Positions 54,801 through 60,006 of a stretch of 60,114 bases of DNA are shown here, piece after piece. The stretch is taken from the NCBI GenBank assembly GCA_039024375.1, contig JBCCQK010000001.1, positions 1 to 60,114 of the forward strand. The letters are read 5' to 3'. The first letter of the stretch is position 1; each line of letters opens with the position of its first letter. Origin of the DNA: Bacteroidota bacterium. GTDB taxonomy: Bacteria > Bacteroidota > Bacteroidia > Chitinophagales > Saprospiraceae. Made by a program: the position numbers and the translations under genes. The notes beneath the pieces were generated by a model. That model was not told the DNA's origin. It ran no database searches and saw only the letters and a list, made by a program, of their open reading frames with translations.

Positions 54801-57390
54801 GCAGGTCAATTTGCTGACAAAGCGCCTTCATCATTTCCTCGGGCCGTTGCACCAACGCTTCGTACTGCAATCGAAATTGCTGATTCTGCGGAATTTTCTG
54901 TAAAAACTGTTGAATATTTCGATGGCTTTCCAACCAAACCAACTCTCCTAGTTCTTTCGAATTATACCGATGATTTTTTAGATACAGCACTTGTTCCATG
55001 TGGTACTTTTCGAAAGAATGAACCATGGATTGTGGATGGCGTACTAAATGAATAAAAATGGGATTATCAAAGTTTTGGTGGATATTTTCTAGTGTTGCTG
55101 CGTCCAAAGCGTAGGCGGGCGTTTTGTCCACAATGATTTTGGGAGCCGCCCACGTTTGCAATTGTTGGTAAAAATCTAAAGTAGTAGCGCCGTCCATTTC
55201 CCATTGTCGAATGGTTGCTTTCGCTTCGTCCACGCTGCAATTTTTCAGTTGCATCACCGCCCGAACGGCGCCTTCTTGCCAAAGCTCGAATTTGCCAACG
55301 TAGGCTTGATTGCGCTCCGCCAAAGTCGAGAATCCCAATAATTTTAGTTCGTTGAAAGCAACTAAATCGGGATGACCCGCCAGCATTAAACTCAATAGAC
55401 TAGTCCCCGAACGGGGCGGCGCTAGTATAAAAATAGCCGATGGGTTTTTTATAGCGATTGGTGTCGGCGCAGTAGAAGTGGGAAGGTATTTTTTGAAATC
55501 GGCAATTTGTACCGCAGTTAACCTACTTTCTTCTTCCTTAGCGCTAGCTACACTTTTCTTCGTTTGAATAGCTAATTCTTTCGCGTAGTCTTTAGTTAAA
55601 AATTGAGCATACTCGGCAATCGTTGGATGGTTAAAAATCGTTGTGACAAAAATGGACGTATTCAGTTTTTTTTGCCATTGTCCGATAAATTGAGCCGCTT
55701 GAATTGAAGTACCACCTAGTTCAAAAAACTTATCGTGGCGGCCAATGCCGTCTATTTGTAAAATGGATTCCCAAGATTTTGCTAGTTTCTTTTCCAAATC
55801 ACCTTTTAGAGTAGTATAAGCTTGTGCCAATTTGGGACGACTGCTCGGTGGTAATGGCAACGCCTTTCGGTCGAATTTTCCATTTGGAGTTAGAGGCATT
55901 TTGGCTAAAGTCACAAAACGAGTAGGTAGCATATAGGGCGGTAACTGCTGCGCCAAAAAATCCCGTAGTTCGCTGATGGTTACCGCATTTTCACTGTTCT
56001 CGGTCAAATAGGCTACTAACATTTTTTGACGATTATTGTCGTCTGTTCGAAGCACGACCACCGTTTCTTTAACACTCGGATGCTGCCCAATTGCCGTTTC
56101 TATTTCTCCCAATTCTATTCGATAGCCGTTGAACTTTACTTGAAAGTCGGCTCTGCCCAAAAATTCGACGCTATCGTCGGGTGACCACTTGGCCAAATCG
56201 CCCGTTTTGTACAGCGTTTTTCCCCCACGAATTGCTTGAAAAGGGTTGTTAATAAATCGTTCGGCAGTCAGTTCAGACCGATTCCAGTATCCTTTTCCAA
56301 CTACGTCTTTTGCGCCGCCAATGTAAATTTCGCCCACCTCCTCCTTACCAACTTCTTGTAGCTGTTCATTCAAGATGAAAATTTCGTAGTTAGCAATTGG
56401 AAAACCAATGGGTACTTTAGCTGCTGCGAACCCTTTCGGTATTTTAAAAAAAGTACAGTTGACGGTCGCTTCCGTTGGGCCGTATAAATTGTACAATTGA
56501 CAGTTAGTTAGTAACTGTTCGTGTCGTTGGGCTAAAGAAGTTGGGCAAACTTCTCCCGATACGTTGATGAGTTCGAGAGATTGTAATTTTTGGGGATTGG
56601 CTTGTTCTAGAATTAACGTATGCAAGGAAGGCAGCGTGAGTAGGTGGGAAATCTGCTGCCGCTCAATCGTATTGGCTAACTGCTGGATATCCTTTTCTTC
56701 GTCCTGTCGAGGAATTACTAAGGTTGCCCCTTGATAGAAGGTCCAAAAAATGGTCAACACCGATACGTCAAAAGAAATGGAACAAGTCAGCAACATTTTA
56801 TGGATAGGATTGGGCGCAATTTGCTGTTGCCCTTCTAATTGATTCATTACGTTTTGGTGGCTAATCATCACCCCTTTAGGACGCCCCGTTGACCCCGACG
56901 TGTAAATCATATACGCCAAGTCGGTAGATTGATTGACTTTTTGGTAAGGTTTCGAGAAGTCTGGTTCTAATATCTGTTGAATCTTCTCTATAAAAACCAA
57001 TTCAGTAGGCAGTCCTAAAAGATTACTTTTAAAAGCACTTTGTGTAATAACTATTTTAGCTTGGGCATCTTCCACCATAAATCGAACCCTCTCCTTCGGG
57101 TAAGCCACATCAATTGGTACGTAGGCCGCTCCTGCCTTTTGAATCCCAATAATTGTTACCAATAATTCTAAAGAGCGTTCCAAATGAAAGGCCACAAAAT
57201 CGCCTCTTTGAACGCCTTTTGCTTGTAGATAGCTAGCCAATTGGGTTGATTGTTGGTCTAGGGCAGCGTAAGTCAGCACTTGATTTTCGAAAATCAACGC
57301 TGCTTGATTAGGCGTTACAGCCGCATAGTGCTCGACCAATTCGGGTAGGAGGGTATTCTTTCCAAAAAATGTTACGTTTTTTGAGGACAT
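45814..57390 (-). CDS. Hybrid NRPS-PKS megasynthase, 3,858 aa: A-PCP-ST-KS-AT-ACP-AMT-C-A-PCP-TE
   Basis: Approximate nucleotide spans from hand translation follow. A1 55860-57390 (LAYMIYTSGSTGRPKG, NLYGPTE, YKTGDL, NGKFDRKALP). PCP1 55600-55830 (FFELGGTS). Sulfotransferase-like 54700-55450 (FILAPPRSGTSLL, LVRHPQSMVHS). KS 53245-54525 (TACSTS, EAHGTGT, KTAIGH). AT 52020-52975 (GHSMGEY). ACP 51540-51790 (LGFDSL). PLP aminotransferase 49880-51230 (AYGKIAGGGLP). C 48480-49790 (HHIIADGWS). A2 46950-48450 (AYIIYTSGSTGKPKG). PCP2 46690-46900 (FFELGGHS). TE 45850-46640 (GYSFGG, PGDH). Confidence 0.9.
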   Translation of the reverse strand: MSSKNVTFFGKNTLLPELVEHYAAVTPNQAALIFENQVLTYAALDQQSTQLASYLQAKGVQRGDFVAFHLERSLELLVTIIGIQKAGAAYVPIDVAYPKERVRFMVEDAQAKIVITQSAFKSNLLGLPTELVFIEKIQQILEPDFSKPYQKVNQSTDLAYMIYTSGSTGRPKGVMISHQNVMNQLEGQQQIAPNPIHKMLLTCSISFDVSVLTIFWTFYQGATLVIPRQDEEKDIQQLANTIERQQISHLLTLPSLHTLILEQANPQKLQSLELINVSGEVCPTSLAQRHEQLLTNCQLYNLYGPTEATVNCTFFKIPKGFAAAKVPIGFPIANYEIFILNEQLQEVGKEEVGEIYIGGAKDVVGKGYWNRSELTAERFINNPFQAIRGGKTLYKTGDLAKWSPDDSVEFLGRADFQVKFNGYRIELGEIETAIGQHPSVKETVVVLRTDDNNRQKMLVAYLTENSENAVTISELRDFLAQQLPPYMLPTRFVTLAKMPLTPNGKFDRKALPLPPSSRPKLAQAYTTLKGDLEKKLAKSWESILQIDGIGRHDKFFELGGTSIQAAQFIGQWQKKLNTSIFVTTIFNHPTIAEYAQFLTKDYAKELAIQTKKSVASAKEEESRLTAVQIADFKKYLPTSTAPTPIAIKNPSAIFILAPPRSGTSLLSLMLAGHPDLVAFNELKLLGFSTLAERNQAYVGKFELWQEGAVRAVMQLKNCSVDEAKATIRQWEMDGATTLDFYQQLQTWAAPKIIVDKTPAYALDAATLENIHQNFDNPIFIHLVRHPQSMVHSFEKYHMEQVLYLKNHRYNSKELGELVWLESHRNIQQFLQKIPQNQQFRLQYEALVQRPEEMMKALCQQIDLPFHPDLLTPYQNIETKNINGIHAESRSMSDSNLLKFTKINAQKAATPSPKNIQQLNIETLTLAKDLGYEMPLDTQENLPKKQPIKSSFSSSDIAIIGMACRLPGANSLHEFWLNLVNGKDVSRAVTAADLEALGQGEELLKRTNRVARTLSLDDLACFDAAFFGYYPKEAAMMDPQHRVLLEVAYAALESAGCNPYEYKGKIGIFGGVARNSYFSGNIATHPDLLATAGEYQDTLGSEKTFAISRVAYQLNLKGPAVNVQTACSTSGTAVHLACQSILNGDSDMVLVSGGRIQPDLQAGYDYVEGGPLSPDGYLRAFDAEAKGMVRGNGMVSIVLKKLDRALEDRDHVWAVIKGTAINNDGNEKIGFTAPSIKGQSDAITTALAKANLSADAIDYVEAHGTGTILGDPIEVAGLTKAFRKHTDKKQYCAIGSVKTAIGHLDAGSCLVGIIKTALSLKYELLPPSLNFEKPNPQIDFANSPFYVNDRLQRWEKGERIRRVGVSSFGLGGTNAHLILEEAPAVKENTKTIPTPNFNLLLLSAKSESSLNEQQAQLTAFLERKPDIRLVDVAYTLATGRAAFNYRLSNIYSSNNSDKPTATFKNQLKSGNTASKITFLFPGGGAQYVGMAKGLYIAFPTFREQVDSCADFLKKEWELDIAPLLFTETISATNEHKSAIQRPTNALATLFTVEYALAKLWQNWGIEPDQMIGHSMGEYTAACLAGVFSWEDGLRIVVKRGQLFEGLSAAGSMLSVSLSEKELSPYLSDKTSISVINKPNNCVVSGTVEAINHLHQKLTQRGIEASKIHIDVAAHSAQIEPIIPEFSAFLKGISFHPPIIPVISNVNGNWALPEEMVTPDYWVRHLRQTVRFSDGLATILKEKNGLLLEVGPGQTLATFARQHPKKDKTQSIYSSVRHPKETIDDVAFLQKTLGKLWCNGVAIDWNKYYEPFSPAKVPLPTYPFERKRHWIAPALTKQTIPTSGVTPVEQPLHFTVQPITSTIPIKPQTMTRKDHLIDLIKEILFELSGLEAEEMDNEATFLELGFDSLFLTQAVTKFNRKFQLAITFRKLFEDASTIERLAEYVDETLAKDLFLPPVIVQNTVTPTTIVSPTTSTTNNSTLQTVINQQLQIMQQQLDLLKGSGTTTNVPVPTQISTAQNSPRKIPSPTPQKLTSLPPKVSDADKSKGFGPWKPIPKGVSELTDFQQRQLADFIKKYNQKTQGSKRLSQVQRQYLSDPRSIQAFNKLWKDAVYQIAMTRSKGSKMWDVDGNEYIDFLMSFGIGLFGHTPDFVQTAVIEQMQKGTELAVLPPLAKEVAELLCEVTGMERATLVNTGSEAISAAIRATRTVSGREKVAVFEGDYHGIADEMLVRGVQLKGRTKSMTIAPGIPESAVSNVLVLYYDDPNLMDVIEDNADDLAAIIVEPFHTQTPHLQRKVVLEQLRSIATQKDIALVYDECVTGFRATQTGAQGWYGVEADLCAYGKIAGGGLPIAMLAGKAKYLDAFDGGQWQFGDDSFPEAMVTFFGGTYVKHPVSLAAAKAVLEQLKANGPQLQFNLNRRTKAFAKRLAQLFRATKAPLAIKSASSILAVKVIDDYPLSKIFFHVMRHHGVYMTERAGFLSTEHSDADLDKVYQIYQTAIAEMFDRQFFMEWHGEDLNEIIDPELMGLAVDPTQPKIVPLTDGQEEIWIGHQFNSEAASAYNLATEIRLEGNLDLEKMRTAIQQLVDRHEALRTTFSEDGKTQIIALNFEMSIPFIDLANGEKSLTLSDIHQQEAETPMDLFQGPLSRFQIIRLADDVHLVIITVHHIIADGWSLGILSTDLGTLYAKLVGKKHQPLTAPKQLSRYALEVAKAKESEAYRQSVNYWKKEFADDIPVLAFPTDRLRPPVKTYASAMEKIHFSADVQTNIKQLAAKQGATFYNFMFAAFQTFIHRLSQQETFTLGVVAAGQAIAGNQGLVGHSVSLLPLKMTVDATDTFLAHLKKVRTKMLDAFDHQNYTLGALVKELKLPRDTSRQPIISVLFNLDSDFSQLNFGDLKVSTRAVPRNYETFDIFINLKTNASGITFEWIYNTDLFDTSTIQRRLLEFDTLIKGILEQPNQPIAQLPLLPESEREKLLTSWNDTNVDNFPTVCIHTLFEQKAQQFPNATALTFNNELVTYQELNQRATILAGYFQQKRVKRGKKVGVYLERSSEMLISLLAVLKLGAIYIPLDPINPTERLATILEDVKADFLISHEPLKNQIPVFDGTVLFYENSLENTFQPLIQNGSTPRVTDTAYIIYTSGSTGKPKGIAIPHYAVVDHHSAIIDKYKIDEKDKILAVASIAFDPSVQDFFMPLFVGGTVIIADKEAVKDGFLLKELIEKTKPTLMQATPSTWQMLLLAGWTNSPQLRALSGGEGLSKELAQQLLANTKEVWNIYGPTETTIWSTTKQIQPHLFSEDNFGYLPVGRPINNVKIYILDQTQQPVPIGVGGEIYIAGVGVAPNGYHQLPELTNKTFVPNPFSDEKHYQTLYRTGDRGRYLPNGDIEYLNRGDKQVKIRGYRIELGDIETAIGQYGEVQENRVMVREDQPNDKRLAAYLIVRNQATFSIEGLKEFLKGQLPDYMIPAAFVLMDAFPMTVSQKVDRKKLPVPEWSNVAKKKIFCAATSPTEKMLAAIWQDLLNLDSISIHDDFFELGGHSLIAVSMMASIEKKLGRRVPLAALLQHSTINQLGYLLDKKAERTFEGSLVPIRTTGSKPPLYLIHGGGLHVLMFQTLAANMDDDQPIYALQAKGLNGEGQPLDRIEDMASHYIEAIQQVHPNQPYALAGYSFGGLIAFEMAKQLQAANKEVLLLSVFDTVIKPELTNFEHSFSEKVSTIGKKVAWNLKDLVTNPVENFSYRKYVYIRKLNNWKYRVFKEGKDTQTQQDTQLESIVNQSNFEAWKNYTITPYEGDLHLFRAEEQRFFIEDHQFLGWKPYIRGKIHTLDVPGDHLSLFNPPNGEQFAKILQALLEEKYQRNLKFKT

Positions 57391-57406
57391 CGCATTGTAG
57401 TCTAGG

Positions 57407-57443
57407 TAGTGATTGGTGACTAGTTGATTAGTGACTAGTTAGA
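57407..57443 (-). repeat. Heptamer-periodic leader tract upstream of the NRPS-PKS start (minus-strand reading AACTAGTCACTAATCAACTAGTCACCAATCACTAC)
   Basis: Same words and gene-relative orientation as 15602-15637. Confidence 0.7.
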
Positions 57444-57475
57444 CAGAGTGCTGATTTTCAACCGTTTGTGCTACT

Positions 57476-57483
57476 CAAAAGTA
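57476..57483 (-). promoter_or_regulatory. Candidate Bacteroidetes-type -7 promoter box (TACTTTTG = TAnnTTTG) for the NRPS-PKS gene
   Basis: Motif match on the minus strand about 86 nt upstream of the ATG. No clear -33 TTTG at the expected spacing. Confidence 0.25.
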
Positions 57484-57505
57484 AGTTCTTAATAATTACT
57501 TAGCT

Positions 57506-57609
57506 GGTAGCACAGCCTTTAGGCTGTCCTGTTCACAAGCCTTTAGGCTTGGACTATCTTGCAAAGGTCTAAAGACCTTTTAACCTGACAGCCTAAAGGC
57601 TGTGCTACC
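57506..57609. repeat. Palindromic element with perfect 23-bp arms (GGTAGCACAGCCTTTAGGCTGTC / GACAGCCTAAAGGCTGTGCTACC) enclosing smaller palindromes (AGCCTTTAGGCT, AGGTCTAAAGACCT)
   Basis: Read directly. Lies about 115-220 nt upstream of the NRPS-PKS start. Confidence 0.8.
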
Positions 57610-57897
57610 GATTGGGAACTTTCGATTAAAAAATATTAAATCACCTCATGTTCTAACTTGAACAAATAGTCAGTTAAATTTGTAGGGGGATTTTTCGATG
57701 AAGCGGCTTTGGATAAAGCCAATAAGTAGGCGTGATTGTTTTTTTATCACGAATTGCAGTGGTGGTGGAAATGGGAGTAGGTATAAGTTCTTATCGACAA
57801 ATTTACAAAAAAAAGTGGTTTAAAGGAAGAACGGATTGCAGTGGGGTACAAAATAGTGTAAGGTGTGTTTGGGGATTGGGTTCCAAGACCTACAGAA

Positions 57898-57952
57898 TGG
57901 CTATATTGTTGTATGGTTATATTGTTTGGCAGCCATATAGCCATACAACAAT
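57898..57952. repeat. Hairpin built from ATGGYTATATTGTT words
   Basis: TATTGTTGTATGGTTATAT / ATATAGCCATACAACAATA. Related words occur at 9625-9643 and 9696-9721. Confidence 0.6.
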
Positions 57953-58023
57953 ACAATTACACAATTAGTAGCTTTTTTGATGCTTATTAAAATGATTTGT
58001 AGCTGCTTAGCGCATTTTTCACC

Positions 58024-58113
58024 ATAAAGTCCATACAGTTCATAGAGTCCATAAAGTTTTTTTCGAGCGTTAGTATCGACTATTTCGAGCGTTAGTATTG
58101 ACTATTTTGTACT
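58024..58113 (+). repeat. Intergenic repeat family C, copy 3, with a tandem duplication of the 3' module (TTTCGAGCGTTAGTATYGACTA x2)
   Basis: TTTTCACCATAAAGTCCATACAGTTCATAGAGTCCATAAAGTTTTTTTCGAGCGTTAGTATCGAC aligns with copies 1 and 2. Confidence 0.6.
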
Positions 58114-58184
58114 GTTTAAGCGTTTTCAATGCAGGGTGGTAAGTAGGTACAATGATTTTTTAGATATGAACTGCATGGGGAATA

Positions 58185-58706
58185 TTACCTCAATTTTTGT
58201 AAGGCCTTTAATATCTTTTTACCTCTCGATTGAAAAGCTGCCGTTCCGTAGGGTAAGTGTTCCTCAATAACTAAGCGTAGTTCCTCTGATAAATCGGGTT
58301 CTTTTTTGCAAATATTATACAAGACGGTCATGGAGAAAGCACGAACGGCCACCGCTTCTTTGGGGTCTAACAAATAGCCAAAACAACAATCGGCAGCAAT
58401 GCCCATCAAATCTTCGGGCAATTCCACATCCTGCAGAACACGAACTGTATTTCGCTTGACGGCAACGTGTAAGTTTTTATTTTGAAGATTATGCACTAGT
58501 TTTTCTAGGTGCTTATTGAGTAGAAAAGGATATTTCTCTACACAATGCATCATTATCCACGCCGCCCGTTGCGTTACCCGATGTTCATTGCCGTAAAAAT
58601 GGGTCATCAATTCATCAAATCGGGACTGGTCTGCGTCGATATAATCTCTCACAAGAATGGCTTGTGCCTTAGAATGTTCTTTTAGTATGGCGGCTTTTAG
58701 GTCCAT
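58185..58706 (-). CDS. Hypothetical all-helical (HEAT/armadillo-like) protein, possibly DNA alkylation repair-like
   Basis: 173-aa ORF with a helical-repeat character. The family guess is weak. Confidence 0.4.
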   Translation of the reverse strand: MDLKAAILKEHSKAQAILVRDYIDADQSRFDELMTHFYGNEHRVTQRAAWIMMHCVEKYPFLLNKHLEKLVHNLQNKNLHVAVKRNTVRVLQDVELPEDLMGIAADCCFGYLLDPKEAVAVRAFSMTVLYNICKKEPDLSEELRLVIEEHLPYGTAAFQSRGKKILKALQKLR

Positions 58707-58715
58707 ATAGTCATT

Positions 58716-59765
58716 TTACCTAAACTGCCAGTTGTACTTGTCTAAATTAGACAAACTTGCCTCCAACAAGTCAATACAATTTCGAATATCTGTTTTATGA
58801 GCCGTTTCAATGGATTGATGAATATGTCGGGTAGGAATAGAAATTGCTCCCGCAATCGAACCATTTTTACCGTAGCGTTGAACTGCTGCGGTGTCCGTTC
58901 CACCAGCGGGTAAAATTTCTTTTTGCCATTTGATGCCGTTCTTTTGCGCCACTTCGACCATGTAGTTGACCATTCGATAGTCACAGACGACGGAGCCATC
59001 CATGACCTTAATACCTGCCCCTTCACCTAGCTTGGTAACCATTTCGTGCGGATTCGCTCCGGGTACATCAAAGGCAATCGTTGTGTCTAAGCCAAAGCCA
59101 AAATCGGGGTCGATTTGGTGACTTGCACTCATAGCTCCTCTCAATCCGATTTCTTCCTGCACGGTAAAAACGCCGTACACGTCGTAAGGCACTTCTTTAT
59201 CTTTTAGCGATTTCAATACCTCTAGTAAAATATAAACAGAGACTCGGTTGTCAATGGATTTTCCATTAACGCAGTCGCCCATTTCAATCAATTGCCGCTC
59301 TCTGGTGATGGGGTCACCAACCGAAACTATCTTTTCCACCGCTTCTTTGGACATTCCCGTATCAATGAAAAAATCTTGGATGTGAATAGCTTTGCCCCGT
59401 TCTTCGGCTTTCATTAAGTGGATAGGCTTACTTCCCATTACACCGATAATGTCCTCTTTTCCGTGAATAATGACTCGTTGCGCCGTCAAGGTTTTGGGGT
59501 CAAAACCGCCAAGCGTGTGGAACCGAATAAACCCATCGTCATCCACGTGCGTAACAATGAAGCCGATTTCATCCATGTGAGCGGCTACCATTGTTTTTTT
59601 GTCCGCTTTCCCTTTTTTGATGGCAATCACATTACCCATCGCATCGACAGAAACCTCGTCAACGTAAGGGGTAACTTCCTCCAATACCATTGCTCGAATT
59701 CTTTGCTCAAAACCAGAAGTACCGGGCACTTCGCATATTTTTTTCAATAAGGGTATATCAATCAT
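58716..59765 (-). CDS. M42-family metallo-aminopeptidase (FrvX/CelM-like)
   Basis: AHMDEIGF, a DNRVSV-containing segment, FTVQEEIGLRGA, and an IPTRHIHQ-type C-terminus. Confidence 0.75.
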   Translation of the reverse strand: MIDIPLLKKICEVPGTSGFEQRIRAMVLEEVTPYVDEVSVDAMGNVIAIKKGKADKKTMVAAHMDEIGFIVTHVDDDGFIRFHTLGGFDPKTLTAQRVIIHGKEDIIGVMGSKPIHLMKAEERGKAIHIQDFFIDTGMSKEAVEKIVSVGDPITRERQLIEMGDCVNGKSIDNRVSVYILLEVLKSLKDKEVPYDVYGVFTVQEEIGLRGAMSASHQIDPDFGFGLDTTIAFDVPGANPHEMVTKLGEGAGIKVMDGSVVCDYRMVNYMVEVAQKNGIKWQKEILPAGGTDTAAVQRYGKNGSIAGAISIPTRHIHQSIETAHKTDIRNCIDLLEASLSNLDKYNWQFR

Positions 59766-59799
59766 TTTAACGTACTATTTTTAGTGTAATGTCTTTGAC

Positions 59800-59887
59800 A
59801 AATGAATGATGGGTGATAAATGATGAATGATTTTAATCCGTAGTAAATACGAAATAAATAGAATTATTCATCACTCATTATTCATTT
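59800..59887. repeat. Imperfect palindrome built from GATGAATGA/TCATTATTC words
   Basis: AAATGAATGATGGGTGATAAATGATGAATGATT / GAATTATTCATCACTCATTATTCATTT. A related word occurs at about 38235-38255. Confidence 0.5.
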
Positions 59888-59964
59888 TAGTTAGTAATTA
59901 TGTTTTTTATAATATACAGGATTTTTCGCCTGCGAAAGTACAATATATCAGAGATAAATGAGAG

Positions 59965-60006
59965 GTCAGAAGTCAGACCGTCCTTAAGAACTGTCAGAAG
60001 TCAGAC
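59965..60006 (+). repeat. 14-nt direct repeat GTCAGAAGTCAGAC x2 (itself a 7-nt doublet), spaced by CGTCCTTAAGAACT
   Basis: Read directly. GTCCTTAAG also occurs at about 37770. Confidence 0.6.

Noticed and set aside
39867-55282. Embedded or antisense ORFs within the T9SS and NRPS-PKS genes (e.g. 42347-42751, 43933-44364, 54123-54455, 54371-54739)
   Set aside because: They lie entirely within two giant ORFs that are supported end-to-end by catalytic and domain motifs. Long stop-free antisense stretches are expected opposite long genes.
45814-57390. Monobactam-type (N-sulfonated beta-lactam) product by analogy with sulfazecin
   Set aside because: The idea is tempting because a beta-amino thioester plus a sulfotransferase could give an N-sulfo-azetidinone. 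Here, though, a C-A-PCP module follows the beta-amination step, so the TE-bound thioester no longer belongs to the beta-amino acid. The ST also sits before the amine is installed. This is too speculative to list as a finding.
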